Shown one piece after another: positions 1 through 10,171 of a stretch of 64,000 bases of DNA. The notes below the pieces were generated by a model that was given only the letters and a program-made list of their open reading frames with translations, was not told the DNA's origin and searched no databases. This DNA is from Candidatus Eiseniibacteriota bacterium (GTDB lineage Bacteria; Eisenbacteria; RBG-16-71-46). Made by a program: the position numbers and the translations under genes. The stretch spans positions 71,013-135,012 of the forward strand of contig JACRIW010000020.1 of the NCBI GenBank assembly GCA_016215625.1, written 5' to 3'. Position 1 is the first letter of the stretch. Every line of letters starts with the position of its first letter.

Positions 1-1088
1 GGCAGCGCGCCGTCCACGCGCAGGCCGCGGTCCACGATGCGCGCGAGGCGCGCGTTCCAGTCCGGCGGCGTGAGCGACGAGAGCGGCTGTGCGAGTTCCT
101 CCGCCGTCGGCTCGGGACGCGACGTGTCGAAGTGCTGCAGGCGCGGGCGCGAGGCGTCGAAGGGCATGCGGTCGATCCTGCCCTCGACGAGCAGGTCGGC
201 GAGTTGGAGCCGCGCGCGGCGGATCTCCTCGTTCCAGTGCGCGTACAGCAGCAGGTCGCAGCCGGCCGAGAGCGCGAGCGCGCCCGCTTCGGCCGGCGTG
301 CGGCCGGCGGCGGCGCCCTGCATCTCGAGCGCGTCCGTCACGCACACGCCGCGGAAGCCGACGAGGTCGCGCAGCAGGGTCGTCGCGATCGTGCGCGAGA
401 ACGTGCCGGGTTTCTCGCTGTCGAGCTTGCGGTACACGACGTGAGCGGTCATGACCGAGTCCGCGTCGAGGTTGGCGTGGAACGGCGCCAGCTCACGCGC
501 CTCGAGCTGGCCCGAGCCGCGGTCGCACACCGGCAGCGTCACGTGCGAGTCGGTGCGCGTGTCGCCGTGCCCGGGGAAGTGCTTCAGGCAGGACGCGAGA
601 CCCTGCGAGCGGTAGCCGCGCAGCACCGCGGCGACCATCTGCGAGACCTGCTCGGGCGTGGTGCCCCAGGCGCGCGGTCCGATCACCGGGTTGTCCGGCT
701 CGCTGTGCACGTCGGCGACCGGAGCGAAGTTCCAGTCGAAGCCGAGCGCGCGCAGCCGCCGTGCGGTCACGCCCGCGACCCATTCGACGTCCTCGGCCGT
801 GCCCCCGCGCGCGAGCAGCGCGGCGTTCGGCGGCACCACGAGGTGGCCGACCAGCTGCGAGACCCAGCCGCCCTCCTCGTCGAGCGCGAAGAACAGCCGC
901 CGCGGCCGGGCGAGCGCGCGCAGGTGCGCGATCTTCGCCCGCAGGTCCTCGAGGTCGGTGAAGTCGCGCCGGAAGACGATGATGCCGGCGGGCGGGTACT
1001 GCGCGAAGTCGCGCTCCCAGGCCGGCGTGAACCCTTCCGGCGGGAGACCGATGACCATGCGTCGGGCGATGCCGCGTTGAGCGTCCAT
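1..1088 (-). CDS. nagZ: beta-N-acetylhexosaminidase, GH3 (partial, runs off left edge)
   Basis: Manual translation from ATG at 1088 gives MDAQRGIARRMVIGLP, ALDEEGGWV, DWNFAPVAD and the NagZ signature KHFPGHGDTRTDSH. Confidence 0.88.
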   Translation of the reverse strand, partial: MDAQRGIARRMVIGLPPEGFTPAWERDFAQYPPAGIIVFRRDFTDLEDLRAKIAHLRALARPRRLFFALDEEGGWVSQLVGHLVVPPNAALLARGGTAEDVEWVAGVTARRLRALGFDWNFAPVADVHSEPDNPVIGPRAWGTTPEQVSQMVAAVLRGYRSQGLASCLKHFPGHGDTRTDSHVTLPVCDRGSGQLEARELAPFHANLDADSVMTAHVVYRKLDSEKPGTFSRTIATTLLRDLVGFRGVCVTDALEMQGAAAGRTPAEAGALALSAGCDLLLYAHWNEEIRRARLQLADLLVEGRIDRMPFDASRPRLQHFDTSRPEPTAEELAQPLSSLTPPDWNARLARIVDRGLRVDGAL

Positions 1089-1099
1089 AGAGGCGGCGC

Positions 1100-1128
1100 A
1101 GCGTGGGGGAGCGTCCCGGGACTGTCAA
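1100..1128 (-). promoter_or_regulatory. putative sigma70 promoter of nagZ
   Basis: Minus strand TTGACA-17 nt-CACGCT, 11 nt upstream of the ATG. Confidence 0.5.
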
Positions 1129-1271
1129 CCGTATCGTGACCACCCCGTCCGTCGCGCGTTCGGGTGCGATCGTGCAAATCGCTCGTCGCGGGAGGCCCGG
1201 TCGCGGGCTACACTGCCGGGAATCGCCCCCGCAGGCGCGGCTCCCACGCCGCGCGACACAGGAGAGACCCA

Positions 1272-1913
1272 CTGAACCATTCCGCGTTTCGCCGTCTCGC
1301 CGCCTTGCTCGGAGTCGCGTGCCTGCTCGCTTCCACGGTGGCCGCCACTCCGAAGAGCGCCGCGCGCCCCGCACGCAGCACGCCCGCGAAGGGCGCGGCC
1401 AAGGGCGCCACGGCCGCGCCGCTCACGCTCGTCTACGGCGACGACCACGTGTTCGGGCTCGTCGCGCCCGCCGGCTGGGCGGTGGACGACACGAGCGGCC
1501 TGGGTTCGCGCATCCGCGTCGTGCTCTATCCGGTCGGCCAGAAGTGGGACACGGCGCCCACGGTGATGTACGCGAACGTGCTGCACCAGGACACGCGCCG
1601 TCCCAAGACGCTCACGCAGATGGTCGTGCACGACGTCGAACAGTTCCAGAAGGCGAACCCGCGCGGCAAGGTCGTCGCCGCGCCCATGATGCGCACGGCC
1701 AAGGGCCGCACGGCGCAGGTGCGCTGGTTCGCGCCCGACGGCGGCGAGCCGTCCGAGGCCGTGGCGTACATCGAGGAGCCGGAACTGGTCATGCTGCTCG
1801 TGCTGTCGTCGCGGGAGAACGGCGGGTTCAAGAAGGCGCTGCCCGCGTTCCAGTCGCTCGTGGAGCACTACGAGTTCGTGGGCGGCGGCATCCAGACCCC
1901 GTCCGCGCGCTGA
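1272..1913 (+). CDS. secreted hypothetical protein
   Basis: Signal-peptide-like N-terminus (RRLAALLGVACLLASTVAA); GGAGAG at 1261 precedes an in-frame CTG at 1272 (start uncertain); stop overlaps next ATG (TGATG). Confidence 0.6.
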   Translation: MNHSAFRRLAALLGVACLLASTVAATPKSAARPARSTPAKGAAKGATAAPLTLVYGDDHVFGLVAPAGWAVDDTSGLGSRIRVVLYPVGQKWDTAPTVMYANVLHQDTRRPKTLTQMVVHDVEQFQKANPRGKVVAAPMMRTAKGRTAQVRWFAPDGGEPSEAVAYIEEPELVMLLVLSSRENGGFKKALPAFQSLVEHYEFVGGGIQTPSAR

Positions 1914-3094
1914 TGGCCATCCGTACTTCGCAGAAGAGCGGGCGCTTCACGGAGTCGGTCATCCGCGAGATGACGCGCCTCGCGAACGCGCACGCCGCCG
2001 TGAACCTGTCGCAGGGCTTCCCGGACTTCCCGGCGCCCGATGCGATCAAGCAGGAGGCGGCGCGGGCCGTGATGGCCGACGTGAACCAGTACGCCGTCAC
2101 GTGGGGCGCCAAGCGCCTGCGCGACGCGCTCGTCGCCAAGCAGGAGCGCTTCACGGGACTGTCGTTCGATCCCGAGCGCGAGGTCGTCGTGTGCTGCGGC
2201 GCCACCGAGTGCATGGCCGCCACGATGATGGCGCTCGTGGATCCGGGCGACGAAGTGATCGTGTTCGAGCCGTTCTACGAGAACTACGGCCCCGACGCGA
2301 TCCTCTCGGGCGCGACGCCGCGCTTCGTGCGGCTGCGCGAGCCCGACTGGTCGTTCGATCCGGCCGAACTGGCCGCGGCGTTCAACGACCGCACGCGCGC
2401 GATCGTGGTGAACACGCCGAACAATCCCACGGGCAAGGTGTTCTCGCGCGAGGAGCTCGAGACCATCGCGGCGCTGTGCCGCAAGTGGGACGTCACCTGC
2501 ATCACCGACGAGATCTACGAGCACATCGTCTTCGAGGGCGAGCACGTGTCGATGGCCGCGCTGGACGGCATGCGCGAGCGCACGGTGACCATCTCGGGCC
2601 TGTCGAAGACCTGGAGCGTCACCGGCTGGCGCATCGGCTGGTGCCTCGCGCCGCCCGAGGCCACGAACGCCATTCGCAAGGTGCACGACTTCCTCACCGT
2701 GGGCGCACCCGCCCCGCTGCAGGAGGCCGCGGCCGTCGCGCTCGCGATGCCGGACGAGTACTACCGGCAGCTGGCCGAGGGCTATCGCGAAAAGCGGGCG
2801 TATCTCGTGCCCGCACTGGCCGAAAACGGCTTCGGGACTTTCGCCCCGAAGGGCGCGTATTACTGCATGACCGACATCTCGAGCTTCGGATTCTCCGACG
2901 ACGTGGCCTTCGCCCGCTTCCTGATCACCGAGGTGGGGGTGGCCGCCGTGCCGGGGTCGAGTTTCTATTCGGAACCGGACGCGGGGCGGCAGCGTCTGAG
3001 GTTTCACTTCGCACGCCGCCGTGAAACGCTGGAAGCCGCCGTCGAACGCCTGCGTACACTGAAGTCCCGCCTGAGCGCGGGGCGCGGTCACTGA
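1913..3094 (+). CDS. PLP-dependent aminotransferase class I/II (YbdL/DapC-like)
   Basis: NLSQGFPDF, NTPNNPTG, DEIYE and SGLSKTWSVTGWRIG motifs. Confidence 0.9.
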   Translation: MAIRTSQKSGRFTESVIREMTRLANAHAAVNLSQGFPDFPAPDAIKQEAARAVMADVNQYAVTWGAKRLRDALVAKQERFTGLSFDPEREVVVCCGATECMAATMMALVDPGDEVIVFEPFYENYGPDAILSGATPRFVRLREPDWSFDPAELAAAFNDRTRAIVVNTPNNPTGKVFSREELETIAALCRKWDVTCITDEIYEHIVFEGEHVSMAALDGMRERTVTISGLSKTWSVTGWRIGWCLAPPEATNAIRKVHDFLTVGAPAPLQEAAAVALAMPDEYYRQLAEGYREKRAYLVPALAENGFGTFAPKGAYYCMTDISSFGFSDDVAFARFLITEVGVAAVPGSSFYSEPDAGRQRLRFHFARRRETLEAAVERLRTLKSRLSAGRGH

Positions 3095-3114
3095 ACCCGG
3101 GGATCACCCACATC

Positions 3115-4794
3115 ATGACCATGAAGCGCAAGTCCTCCCTCGGTCCACTCGTCGTGGCGATGTCGCTCTCGGTGCTGCTCGGCTTCGGCCTCGCGCGCGC
3201 GCTGCGTGCCGGTGACGACCTGCGCAGCAACCTCGACCTGTTCAACAACGTGCTGTACCTCGTGCAGCAGAACTACGTCGAGTCGCCGGACAACGAGAAG
3301 CTCATCAAGGGCGCGATCGACGGCATGCTCAAGACGCTCGACCCGCACTCGGTGTTCCTGCCGGAGAAGCGCGCCCAGCAGATGGACGAGCAGTTCCACG
3401 GCGAGTACTCGGGCATCGGCGTGCAGTTCGACATCCAGGACAACAAGATCGTCGTGATCTCGCCGCTCGAGGGCACGCCGGCGTACCGGCTCGGCATCCG
3501 CGCCGGCGACAAGATCGTCGAGATCGACGGCAAGCCGCTCAAGAAAGGCATCAACAACGACGACGTCTTCAAGCTGCTCCGCGGCCCGACGGGGTCCACC
3601 GTCATGGTCACGATCGAGCGCGAGACGGAGCCGGAGCACATGCACTTCACGATCGAGCGCGCGAAGATCCCGATCGAGAGCATCCCGTACGCGTACATGA
3701 TCCGGCCGGGCGTCGGCTACGTGCGCGTCATCCGGTTCGCGCAGACGACCGGCGACGAGCTCGAGGCGGCCATCGCGAAGCTGCGCGGCCAGGGCATGAA
3801 GAGCCTGCTCATCGACCTGCGCTCGAACTCCGGCGGCCTGCTCTCGCAGGCGGTGGACGTGCTCGACCAGGTGATCCCGGACAATCGCCGCCTTGTGTAC
3901 ACGCGCGGCCGCATCACGTCGTCGAACGCCGACTACTACTCGACCAGCCGGCCGGGCAAGTGGACCGACGGCCCGATCGTCGTGCTCGTGGACCACGGCA
4001 GCGCGTCGGCGAGCGAGATCGTGTCGGGCGCGGTGCAGGATCTCGACCGCGGTCTCGTGGTGGGCATCAACACGTTTGGCAAGGGCCTCGTGCAGAACCA
4101 GATGAACCTGTCCCAGGGCAAGCTGCTGCTCACGATCGCGCGCTACTACACGCCGAGCGGCCGCGGCATCCAGCGCGACTACACGAAGTTCGGTGACCAG
4201 TCCGAGTACCAGGAGGACGCGTACCGCGAGGACGTGCCGTCGGACTCGGCGCTGCAGGCCCGTCCGAAGTTCAAGACGTCCACCGGCCGCATCGTGTACG
4301 GCGGCGGCGGCATCTATCCCGACGTCGTGATCAAGGACCCGCCGAACCTCACGCGCCCCGAGATCGAGTTCATCACGAAGCGCGTCGGCTTCGAGTTCGC
4401 GACGCACTACGTGACGAAGCACCCGAACACGAAGTGGACGCCGGAGACGTTCGACCCGCGCTTCACGCTGACGCCGGACGAGTGGAAGAACCTGCGCCAG
4501 ATCGTGGACAACAAGAAGATCGTCATGAACGACTCGGTCTGGACCGCGGAGAAGCCCTTCATCCTCCGCCAGGTGCGCGCCGAGCTGGCGAGCGCCACGC
4601 TCGGTTCGCTCGAGCGCTACCGCATCGCGGTCGAGGACGATCCGCAGCTGAACGCCGCGCTGGACCTGTTCCCGCGCGCGCAGCAGCTGCTCGCGACGGC
4701 CGCGGGACGGCGCTCGGAGCCCGGTCCGGTGGACGGCTCGCCGCCGGCCGACCCGCGCAAGGCGTCGCTCGACGGCAAGGAACGCAAGAAGTAA
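3115..4794 (+). CDS. ctpA: carboxyl-terminal processing protease, S41A family with PDZ domain
   Basis: LDPHS, GIG PDZ motif, DLRSNSGG, SASASEI and TFGKG motifs. Confidence 0.92.
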   Translation: MTMKRKSSLGPLVVAMSLSVLLGFGLARALRAGDDLRSNLDLFNNVLYLVQQNYVESPDNEKLIKGAIDGMLKTLDPHSVFLPEKRAQQMDEQFHGEYSGIGVQFDIQDNKIVVISPLEGTPAYRLGIRAGDKIVEIDGKPLKKGINNDDVFKLLRGPTGSTVMVTIERETEPEHMHFTIERAKIPIESIPYAYMIRPGVGYVRVIRFAQTTGDELEAAIAKLRGQGMKSLLIDLRSNSGGLLSQAVDVLDQVIPDNRRLVYTRGRITSSNADYYSTSRPGKWTDGPIVVLVDHGSASASEIVSGAVQDLDRGLVVGINTFGKGLVQNQMNLSQGKLLLTIARYYTPSGRGIQRDYTKFGDQSEYQEDAYREDVPSDSALQARPKFKTSTGRIVYGGGGIYPDVVIKDPPNLTRPEIEFITKRVGFEFATHYVTKHPNTKWTPETFDPRFTLTPDEWKNLRQIVDNKKIVMNDSVWTAEKPFILRQVRAELASATLGSLERYRIAVEDDPQLNAALDLFPRAQQLLATAAGRRSEPGPVDGSPPADPRKASLDGKERKK

Positions 4795-4806
4795 CGCACC
4801 GCCTCA

Positions 4807-4850
4807 CGCACGAAGCCCCGCGGACCCGTTCGTTCGCGGGGCTTCGTGCG
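4807..4850. terminator. bidirectional hairpin terminator
   Basis: Perfect 16-bp inverted repeat CGCACGAAGCCCCGCG / CGCGGGGCTTCGTGCG between convergent genes. Confidence 0.8.
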
Positions 4851-4867
4851 TTCCGGGGGCGCCCCGT

Positions 4868-5530
4868 TCACGGGCAGGTCGGCGTGGCGCTGTGGGCGGA
4901 CGTGCCCGTTCCGGCCGCGGTCAGCCAGATCGAGAGATCGTTGGCTCCGAGCGCGCCACTGCCGTCGTGGTCCCCGCGCATGGACGGCGTGGCGGCGCCG
5001 AGGTCGTCGAGCCAGATCGCCAGGTCGTTCGCGCCGACGCCGTTCGCGCCGTCGAGGTCCAGCACGCTCACGCTCACCGTGCCGAGCGCCACACCGTCCG
5101 CGGTGATCGACGCCGTCGGGACGCTGGGGAACGTCGAGGGCCCGAGCCCGGCACCGAGGATCGTGAAGGAGGCGCGGCCCGAGGAGTCGGTCACGCGACG
5201 CACGGTCCGGTGCGTGCAGTTCACCGTCGTGCCCGCCACGAGCGAGCTGGAGGCGAGGCGCACTTCGAGCGCGGCCGAGAAATCCAGCACCACGAGGCTG
5301 TTCGGGACCGGGTTGTTGTACCAGTTGCGCACCACGACCGTGAATGCGCCGTTCGTCGTGTCCGGCTGGGAGAGGAAGCGGCCCGTCACGAAGAGGTGGG
5401 CGGGCATGGTGCTGTACTGCGCACTGGGCATCCACGCCGGGATCGGGTCGGCCCGGCCGACGGCACTTCCCGCCGCCACCAGGCACGCCAGCAGCGCGAC
5501 CACGCCTCGGAGGAGCCTGCGCGCGCTCAC
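4868..5530 (-). CDS. secreted Ig-like + dockerin-like (paired Ca-loop) protein, paralog 3
   Basis: GTG start overlaps upstream stop; signal peptide; DLDGANGVGAND and DHDGSGALGAND loops; ends TCP. Confidence 0.75.
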   Translation of the reverse strand: MSARRLLRGVVALLACLVAAGSAVGRADPIPAWMPSAQYSTMPAHLFVTGRFLSQPDTTNGAFTVVVRNWYNNPVPNSLVVLDFSAALEVRLASSSLVAGTTVNCTHRTVRRVTDSSGRASFTILGAGLGPSTFPSVPTASITADGVALGTVSVSVLDLDGANGVGANDLAIWLDDLGAATPSMRGDHDGSGALGANDLSIWLTAAGTGTSAHSATPTCP

Positions 5531-6159
5531 GGGCAGATCCCCGGCGCCGTGACGGCCGAGCCGGCGAGGCCCGCGGCGTTCAGCCAGACCGCGAGGTCGT
5601 TCGCGCCGACGAACTCGCTGCCGTCGTAGTCGAAGCAGCCGGGCGGCTGGGGCAGCGCGAACGAATCGAGGAACAGCGCGACGTCGTTGGCGCCGGCGCC
5701 GCCCGAGCCGTCCACGTCGAGGATGGCCACGAGCGGGCTTCCGAGCAGGACGCCGTCGGCATAGATGTGCGCGCGCAGCGGACCCGGCGCCAGGGTGGCG
5801 TTGCCGCCGTGTCCCATGACCGTGAACACGGCGCGTCCGGCGGCGTCGGTGAACCTGCGCACGGAGTGCTGCGCGCAGTTCGTGAGCACCGCCGCGTCCA
5901 TCTGGTCCGAAGCGAGATGCACTTCGGGAAGCGACGAGAAGTCGATCACGACCACGCTGCCCGGGACGGGATTGTTGGCCAGGTCGCGCACGACCACTTC
6001 GAACTGCCCGACGGCGGCGTCGGGCCTCGCGCCGCTCCAGCCGACGATCGTGATGCGCGAGGGGATCGTCGAGTTCGCCGGCCACCAGAGGTCCGCCACG
6101 GCGGGTGCGGCGGCGGTCGCGCAGAGCAGCAGCGCGAACGTGCAGGCGAAGCGTTTCAT
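5527..6159 (-). CDS. secreted Ig-like + dockerin-like protein, paralog 2
   Basis: MKRFACTFALLL signal peptide, GGAGG RBS, DVDGSGGAGAND and DYDGSEFVGAND loops, ends ICP. Confidence 0.78.
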   Translation of the reverse strand: MKRFACTFALLLCATAAAPAVADLWWPANSTIPSRITIVGWSGARPDAAVGQFEVVVRDLANNPVPGSVVVIDFSSLPEVHLASDQMDAAVLTNCAQHSVRRFTDAAGRAVFTVMGHGGNATLAPGPLRAHIYADGVLLGSPLVAILDVDGSGGAGANDVALFLDSFALPQPPGCFDYDGSEFVGANDLAVWLNAAGLAGSAVTAPGICP

Positions 6160-6311
6160 GTCGGCCTCCGGGAGTGGCGCCCGATTGGAGCGCACGCGTG
6201 TGCGGCCCAAAGTCTATGCCCGCATCGTGCGCCGCAGCCAGCGCGGAAATGCTGGCGCCCCGCCGGGGAACGTCCGGCGGGGCGCGGAAGGGCGGGCGCG
6301 GCCTTTCGGGC

Positions 6312-6935
6312 TCAGGGGCAGGCGAGCGGGACGCTCTGCGTGGAGCCGCCACCGCCGAGCGCCATGAGCCAGATGGCGAGGTCGTTGGCGCCGAGGCGTC
6401 CGTCGCCGTCGTAGTCGCCGCGGCCGAAGTACTGCAGCTGGCCGTAGTCGTCCATCCACAGCGACATGTCGTTCGCGCCGAGCCCGTTGGCGCCGTCGAG
6501 GTCGAAGATCTCGACGCGCGGGCGGCCGATCAGCACGCCGTCCGCCCAGACGTCCGCCTGGATCACGCCCAGCGTGTGGAGCGAGCCGGTGCCGCGTCCG
6601 ACGACCGTGAACGAGGCCGTGCCGTCGGGTCCCGTGGCCTTGCGCACGCAGCGGTGCGGGCAGTTCGTGACCACCGACGGGTCGTACTGGTTCGCGCCCA
6701 GCCGCACGTCGGAGAGCATCGCGAAGTCCACGAGCACGATGCTGTTCGCGACCGGTGCGCCGTACGCGTCGCGCACCGTGATGGTGAAGCGGCCGAACGC
6801 ATCGTCGGCCGACACGCCGTTCCAGCCGACCACGCGGATGTGACCGGGTACCGAAGAACTCGTGGGCGAGGGCGCCGCGGCGAACGCCGCGGACGCCGTG
6901 AGCAGCAACGCGAACACTGCGATGATGCGATGCAT
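6312..6935 (-). CDS. secreted Ig-like + dockerin-like protein, paralog 1
   Basis: Signal peptide, AGGAGG RBS, DLDGANGLGAND and DYDGDGRLGAND loops, ends ACP. Confidence 0.78.
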   Translation of the reverse strand: MHRIIAVFALLLTASAAFAAAPSPTSSSVPGHIRVVGWNGVSADDAFGRFTITVRDAYGAPVANSIVLVDFAMLSDVRLGANQYDPSVVTNCPHRCVRKATGPDGTASFTVVGRGTGSLHTLGVIQADVWADGVLIGRPRVEIFDLDGANGLGANDMSLWMDDYGQLQYFGRGDYDGDGRLGANDLAIWLMALGGGGSTQSVPLACP

Positions 6936-6996
6936 GAGACGAGGCCTCCTTCTGGAGTGCCTGGTCTCCGAGGGTGGGATGGTGAAGCGCGCGGCG

Positions 6997-9108
6997 TCAG
7001 TGCCGTGGTTTCGTCCCGGCCAGACCGACTTGATTCAGGATCCACGCGTAGTCGAAGGCGATCTCGCGAAGCGCGTCGTAGCGCCCGCTCGCACCGCCGT
7101 GACCCGCGCCCATGTTGCACTTGAACAGCAGCGGCCGAGCGTCCGTCTTCTTCGTCCGGAGCTTGGCCACGTACTTCGCCGGCTCCCAGTAGCCCACCTG
7201 GGAGTCGTTGAGGCTGGTCTTCACGAGGATCGCCGGGTAGGCCTTCTCCTCGAGGTTGTCGTAGGGGGAATACGCGCGCATCCACTCGTACTGCTCGGCG
7301 AGCTTGGGATTGCCCCATTCCTCGAACTCGCCGACGGTGAGCGGGAGCGATTCGTCGAGCATCGTGTTGATGCAGTCCACGAACGGCACCTGCGAGAGCA
7401 CGCCACGGAAGAGATCGGGACGCAGGTTCGTGACGGCGCCCATGAGCAGGCCGCCGGCGCTGCCGCCCTGCGCGACCAGTCCCTCCGGACTCGTCCACTT
7501 CGTGGCGCACAGGTGCTCTGCGCACGCGACGAAGTCCGTGAACGTGTTCATCTTCTTCGCCATGCGGCCGTCGTCGTGCCACGCCTTGCCGAGGTCGCCG
7601 CCGCCGCGGATGTGCGCGAGCGCGTACACCATGCCGCGATCCACGAGGCAGAAGCGGTTCGGATTGAAGAGCACGTTCGACGGCATGCCGTACGAGCCGT
7701 ACGCGTAGAGCAGGCACGGCGCGCTGCCGTCGCGCGGCGTGTCGCGGCGCGCGAGCAGCGTGAGCGGCACGCGCACGCCGTCGGCCGTCACCGCCTCGAT
7801 GCGTTCGAGCACGTAGGAGTCCGGGTTCCAGCCGCCCAGGACCTCGGTGCGCTTGCGCATCGTGGACCGCAGCGTCCCCAGGTCGAGGTCGTAGACGCTC
7901 GGCGGCGTGAGGAACGACTGGTAGCCGTAGCGGAACGTCGTCGCGGCGAACTCCTCGTTCGCGCCCGGCCCCACCGCGTACGCGGCTTCGTCGAACGTCA
8001 CGCGCTTCGCCGCGCGCGTCGCGAGGTCCATGACCACGATGTGCGGCAGCGCGCGCTCGCGCTCGGTCCACACGAGGTGGCCGGCGAAGCAGTCGATGCC
8101 GGTGATCATGACTTCGGGACGGTGCGCGACCAGTTCGGTCCAGTGCTCGGGCGAAGGGCTCGCGACCGGCGCGGTCACGATGCGGAAGTTGCGGCCCGTG
8201 TCGTTCACGCGGATGTAGAACTCGCCGCCCCGGTGCTCGACGAAGTATTCGCGGTCCTGCACGCGCGGGGCGAGCAGCGTCCATGCGCCGTCGGGCGTGG
8301 CCGCGTCGAGCACGCACACCTCGCTCGTCGTGTGGCTCGCGCGCGTCTGCACGAGCCACTCGCCACTGCGCGTGAGCGAGACGTACACGTCGAAGCGCTC
8401 GTCGGGTTCCTCGTAGACGAGCGTGTGCGCCGCGGTGCCGAGCGTGTGCCGCCAGAGCCGGTAGGAACGCTTCGAGACCGCGTCCTCCTGCACGTAGAAG
8501 AGCGTGCGGCCGTCGGCGCTCCACGCCACGGACGTCACGCGTTCGGCGTCCACGTCGAGCAGCGCGCCCGTGTCCAGGTCCTTCACGCGCAGCCGGTACT
8601 GGCGGTAGCCGGTCGAGTCCGTGCTGTAGGCGAGCTTCGATCCGTCCGGGCTCACCTCGTACGCGCCGATCGCCATGAACGAGAGTCCTTCGGCGAGCGC
8701 GTTCACGTCGATCAGCATCTGCTCGGGCGCGTCCATCGAGCCTTCGCGCCGGCAGTGGAAGGCGTACTGCCGTCCCTCCTCGGTGCGCGTGTAATAGAGC
8801 CACGCGCCGCGCCGGTAGGGCACCGAGAGGTCGGTCTGCTGGATGCGCGAGAGCATCTCGGCGTACAGCGCGTCCTGCAGTTCCTGCGTTCCGTCCATGC
8901 AGGCGTCGGCGTAGGCGTTCTCGGCCTCGAGATACGCGCGCACGCCCGGGGCGTCCTTGTCGCGCAGCCACGCGTAGTCGTCCCGGCGGGTCTCGCCGTG
9001 GAGCGTGGTGACGACGGGCTTCGGTTCGGCGATGGGGGGCTCGGCCGGGATACCGCGAAGTTCGGAGATGGGCATGTGTGAGTGTGCGGGAGCGGGGTCG
9101 AACGTCAT
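6997..9108 (-). CDS. ptrB: oligopeptidase B (S9A prolyl oligopeptidase family)
   Basis: DDYAWLRD N-terminus, GGSAGG nucleophile, NDSQV and GHGG catalytic motifs; start could be 9075. Confidence 0.92.
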   Translation of the reverse strand: MTFDPAPAHSHMPISELRGIPAEPPIAEPKPVVTTLHGETRRDDYAWLRDKDAPGVRAYLEAENAYADACMDGTQELQDALYAEMLSRIQQTDLSVPYRRGAWLYYTRTEEGRQYAFHCRREGSMDAPEQMLIDVNALAEGLSFMAIGAYEVSPDGSKLAYSTDSTGYRQYRLRVKDLDTGALLDVDAERVTSVAWSADGRTLFYVQEDAVSKRSYRLWRHTLGTAAHTLVYEEPDERFDVYVSLTRSGEWLVQTRASHTTSEVCVLDAATPDGAWTLLAPRVQDREYFVEHRGGEFYIRVNDTGRNFRIVTAPVASPSPEHWTELVAHRPEVMITGIDCFAGHLVWTERERALPHIVVMDLATRAAKRVTFDEAAYAVGPGANEEFAATTFRYGYQSFLTPPSVYDLDLGTLRSTMRKRTEVLGGWNPDSYVLERIEAVTADGVRVPLTLLARRDTPRDGSAPCLLYAYGSYGMPSNVLFNPNRFCLVDRGMVYALAHIRGGGDLGKAWHDDGRMAKKMNTFTDFVACAEHLCATKWTSPEGLVAQGGSAGGLLMGAVTNLRPDLFRGVLSQVPFVDCINTMLDESLPLTVGEFEEWGNPKLAEQYEWMRAYSPYDNLEEKAYPAILVKTSLNDSQVGYWEPAKYVAKLRTKKTDARPLLFKCNMGAGHGGASGRYDALREIAFDYAWILNQVGLAGTKPRH

Positions 9109-9179
9109 GGCACGACGGAGCAGGGAAGCGGCCCCGGACGGGGGCACGCTCCTGTCATCGGTCGCGGGGGCGATTTCGT

Positions 9180-10004
9180 TCAGCGAGAAGTGCTTGTGGG
9201 GTGGCTCGTCACCCGGAGGGAGACCGGATCGCCCTCGCCGATGCCGTGGCGTTCGGCGATGTCGCCGCCCACCTGGGCGATCTCGAGGCGGCCGCTCGAG
9301 CCGATGATGGCCACGATCGTGCCGACCGGAGCGTCGCCGTACGAGCGCGCGAGCGCGCCCACGGGACGTTCGAGCAGCCGCACGGCGAACGTCTCGTCGG
9401 CCGCGTCGGCGCCGAACGCGTCGGCGATCGCCCGCGAGGTCAGGTTCGTGAGGGCGTTGCCGAAGCGGTCGATGAACACCACCCGCCCCACGAGTTCACC
9501 GTCGCGCAGCACGGGGTGCGCCTGGGGGAGGCGCACCGGATCGGTCACCGCGGGGCCGAACGCCTCGAGCGGCACGCCGCGCGTGATGTGCCCGGCGACC
9601 GGGGCGAAGATGTCGCGGCCGTGGAACGTGCGGCTGACCGGCCGGCGGAACCAGCGCTCCTCGACGAGCTCGTGGACCACCGCTTCGGGATCGGACAGCG
9701 CCCATTCGAGCAGGCCGTTGTCGGGGCCGACGAAGAACTGGTGGCGCGCGCGCACCGCGAGCGCCCGGCGGCGCGTGCCCACGCCCGGGTCGACCACCGC
9801 GAGATGGATCGTGTCGGGCGGGAAGTCGTGCGCCGCGGCCTCGAGCACGAAGGCGCCGCGCGCGATGTGTCCCGGAGGGATCGTGTGATTGAGGTCCACG
9901 ACGTGCGCGTCGGGCGCGACGGTCTGGATGACGCCGTGCACGACACCCACGAACCAGTCCTGCGTGCCGAAGTCGGACAGGAACGTCACGATGGGGCGGG
10001 GCAT
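9180..10004 (-). CDS. SAM hydroxide adenosyltransferase / chlorinase-fluorinase family (DUF62)
   Basis: LSDFG, VVDPGVG, GPDNG, TFHGRDIFAP and DRFGN motifs. Confidence 0.9.
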   Translation of the reverse strand: MPRPIVTFLSDFGTQDWFVGVVHGVIQTVAPDAHVVDLNHTIPPGHIARGAFVLEAAAHDFPPDTIHLAVVDPGVGTRRRALAVRARHQFFVGPDNGLLEWALSDPEAVVHELVEERWFRRPVSRTFHGRDIFAPVAGHITRGVPLEAFGPAVTDPVRLPQAHPVLRDGELVGRVVFIDRFGNALTNLTSRAIADAFGADAADETFAVRLLERPVGALARSYGDAPVGTIVAIIGSSGRLEIAQVGGDIAERHGIGEGDPVSLRVTSHPTSTSR

Positions 10005-10171
10005 GAGGACTCTCTCCGGAAGAAGGCGGGACGATGCGGGGGACTGCCGGGAGGCCGGTCGCACCCTAACACAGCGCCCGACGATCGGGCCTTGTGCGAG
10101 AGGCCCGGCATCCGGATACTGCCGCGCCACATCCGAAGCGGACCCGAATCCCCTGCACGAAAGGCCCGCCC

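Noticed and set aside
9180-10004. Halogenase (fluorinase/chlorinase) biosynthetic cluster
   Set aside because: The TFHGRD motif and housekeeping context fit the widespread DUF62 SAM hydrolase; there are no biosynthetic neighbours.
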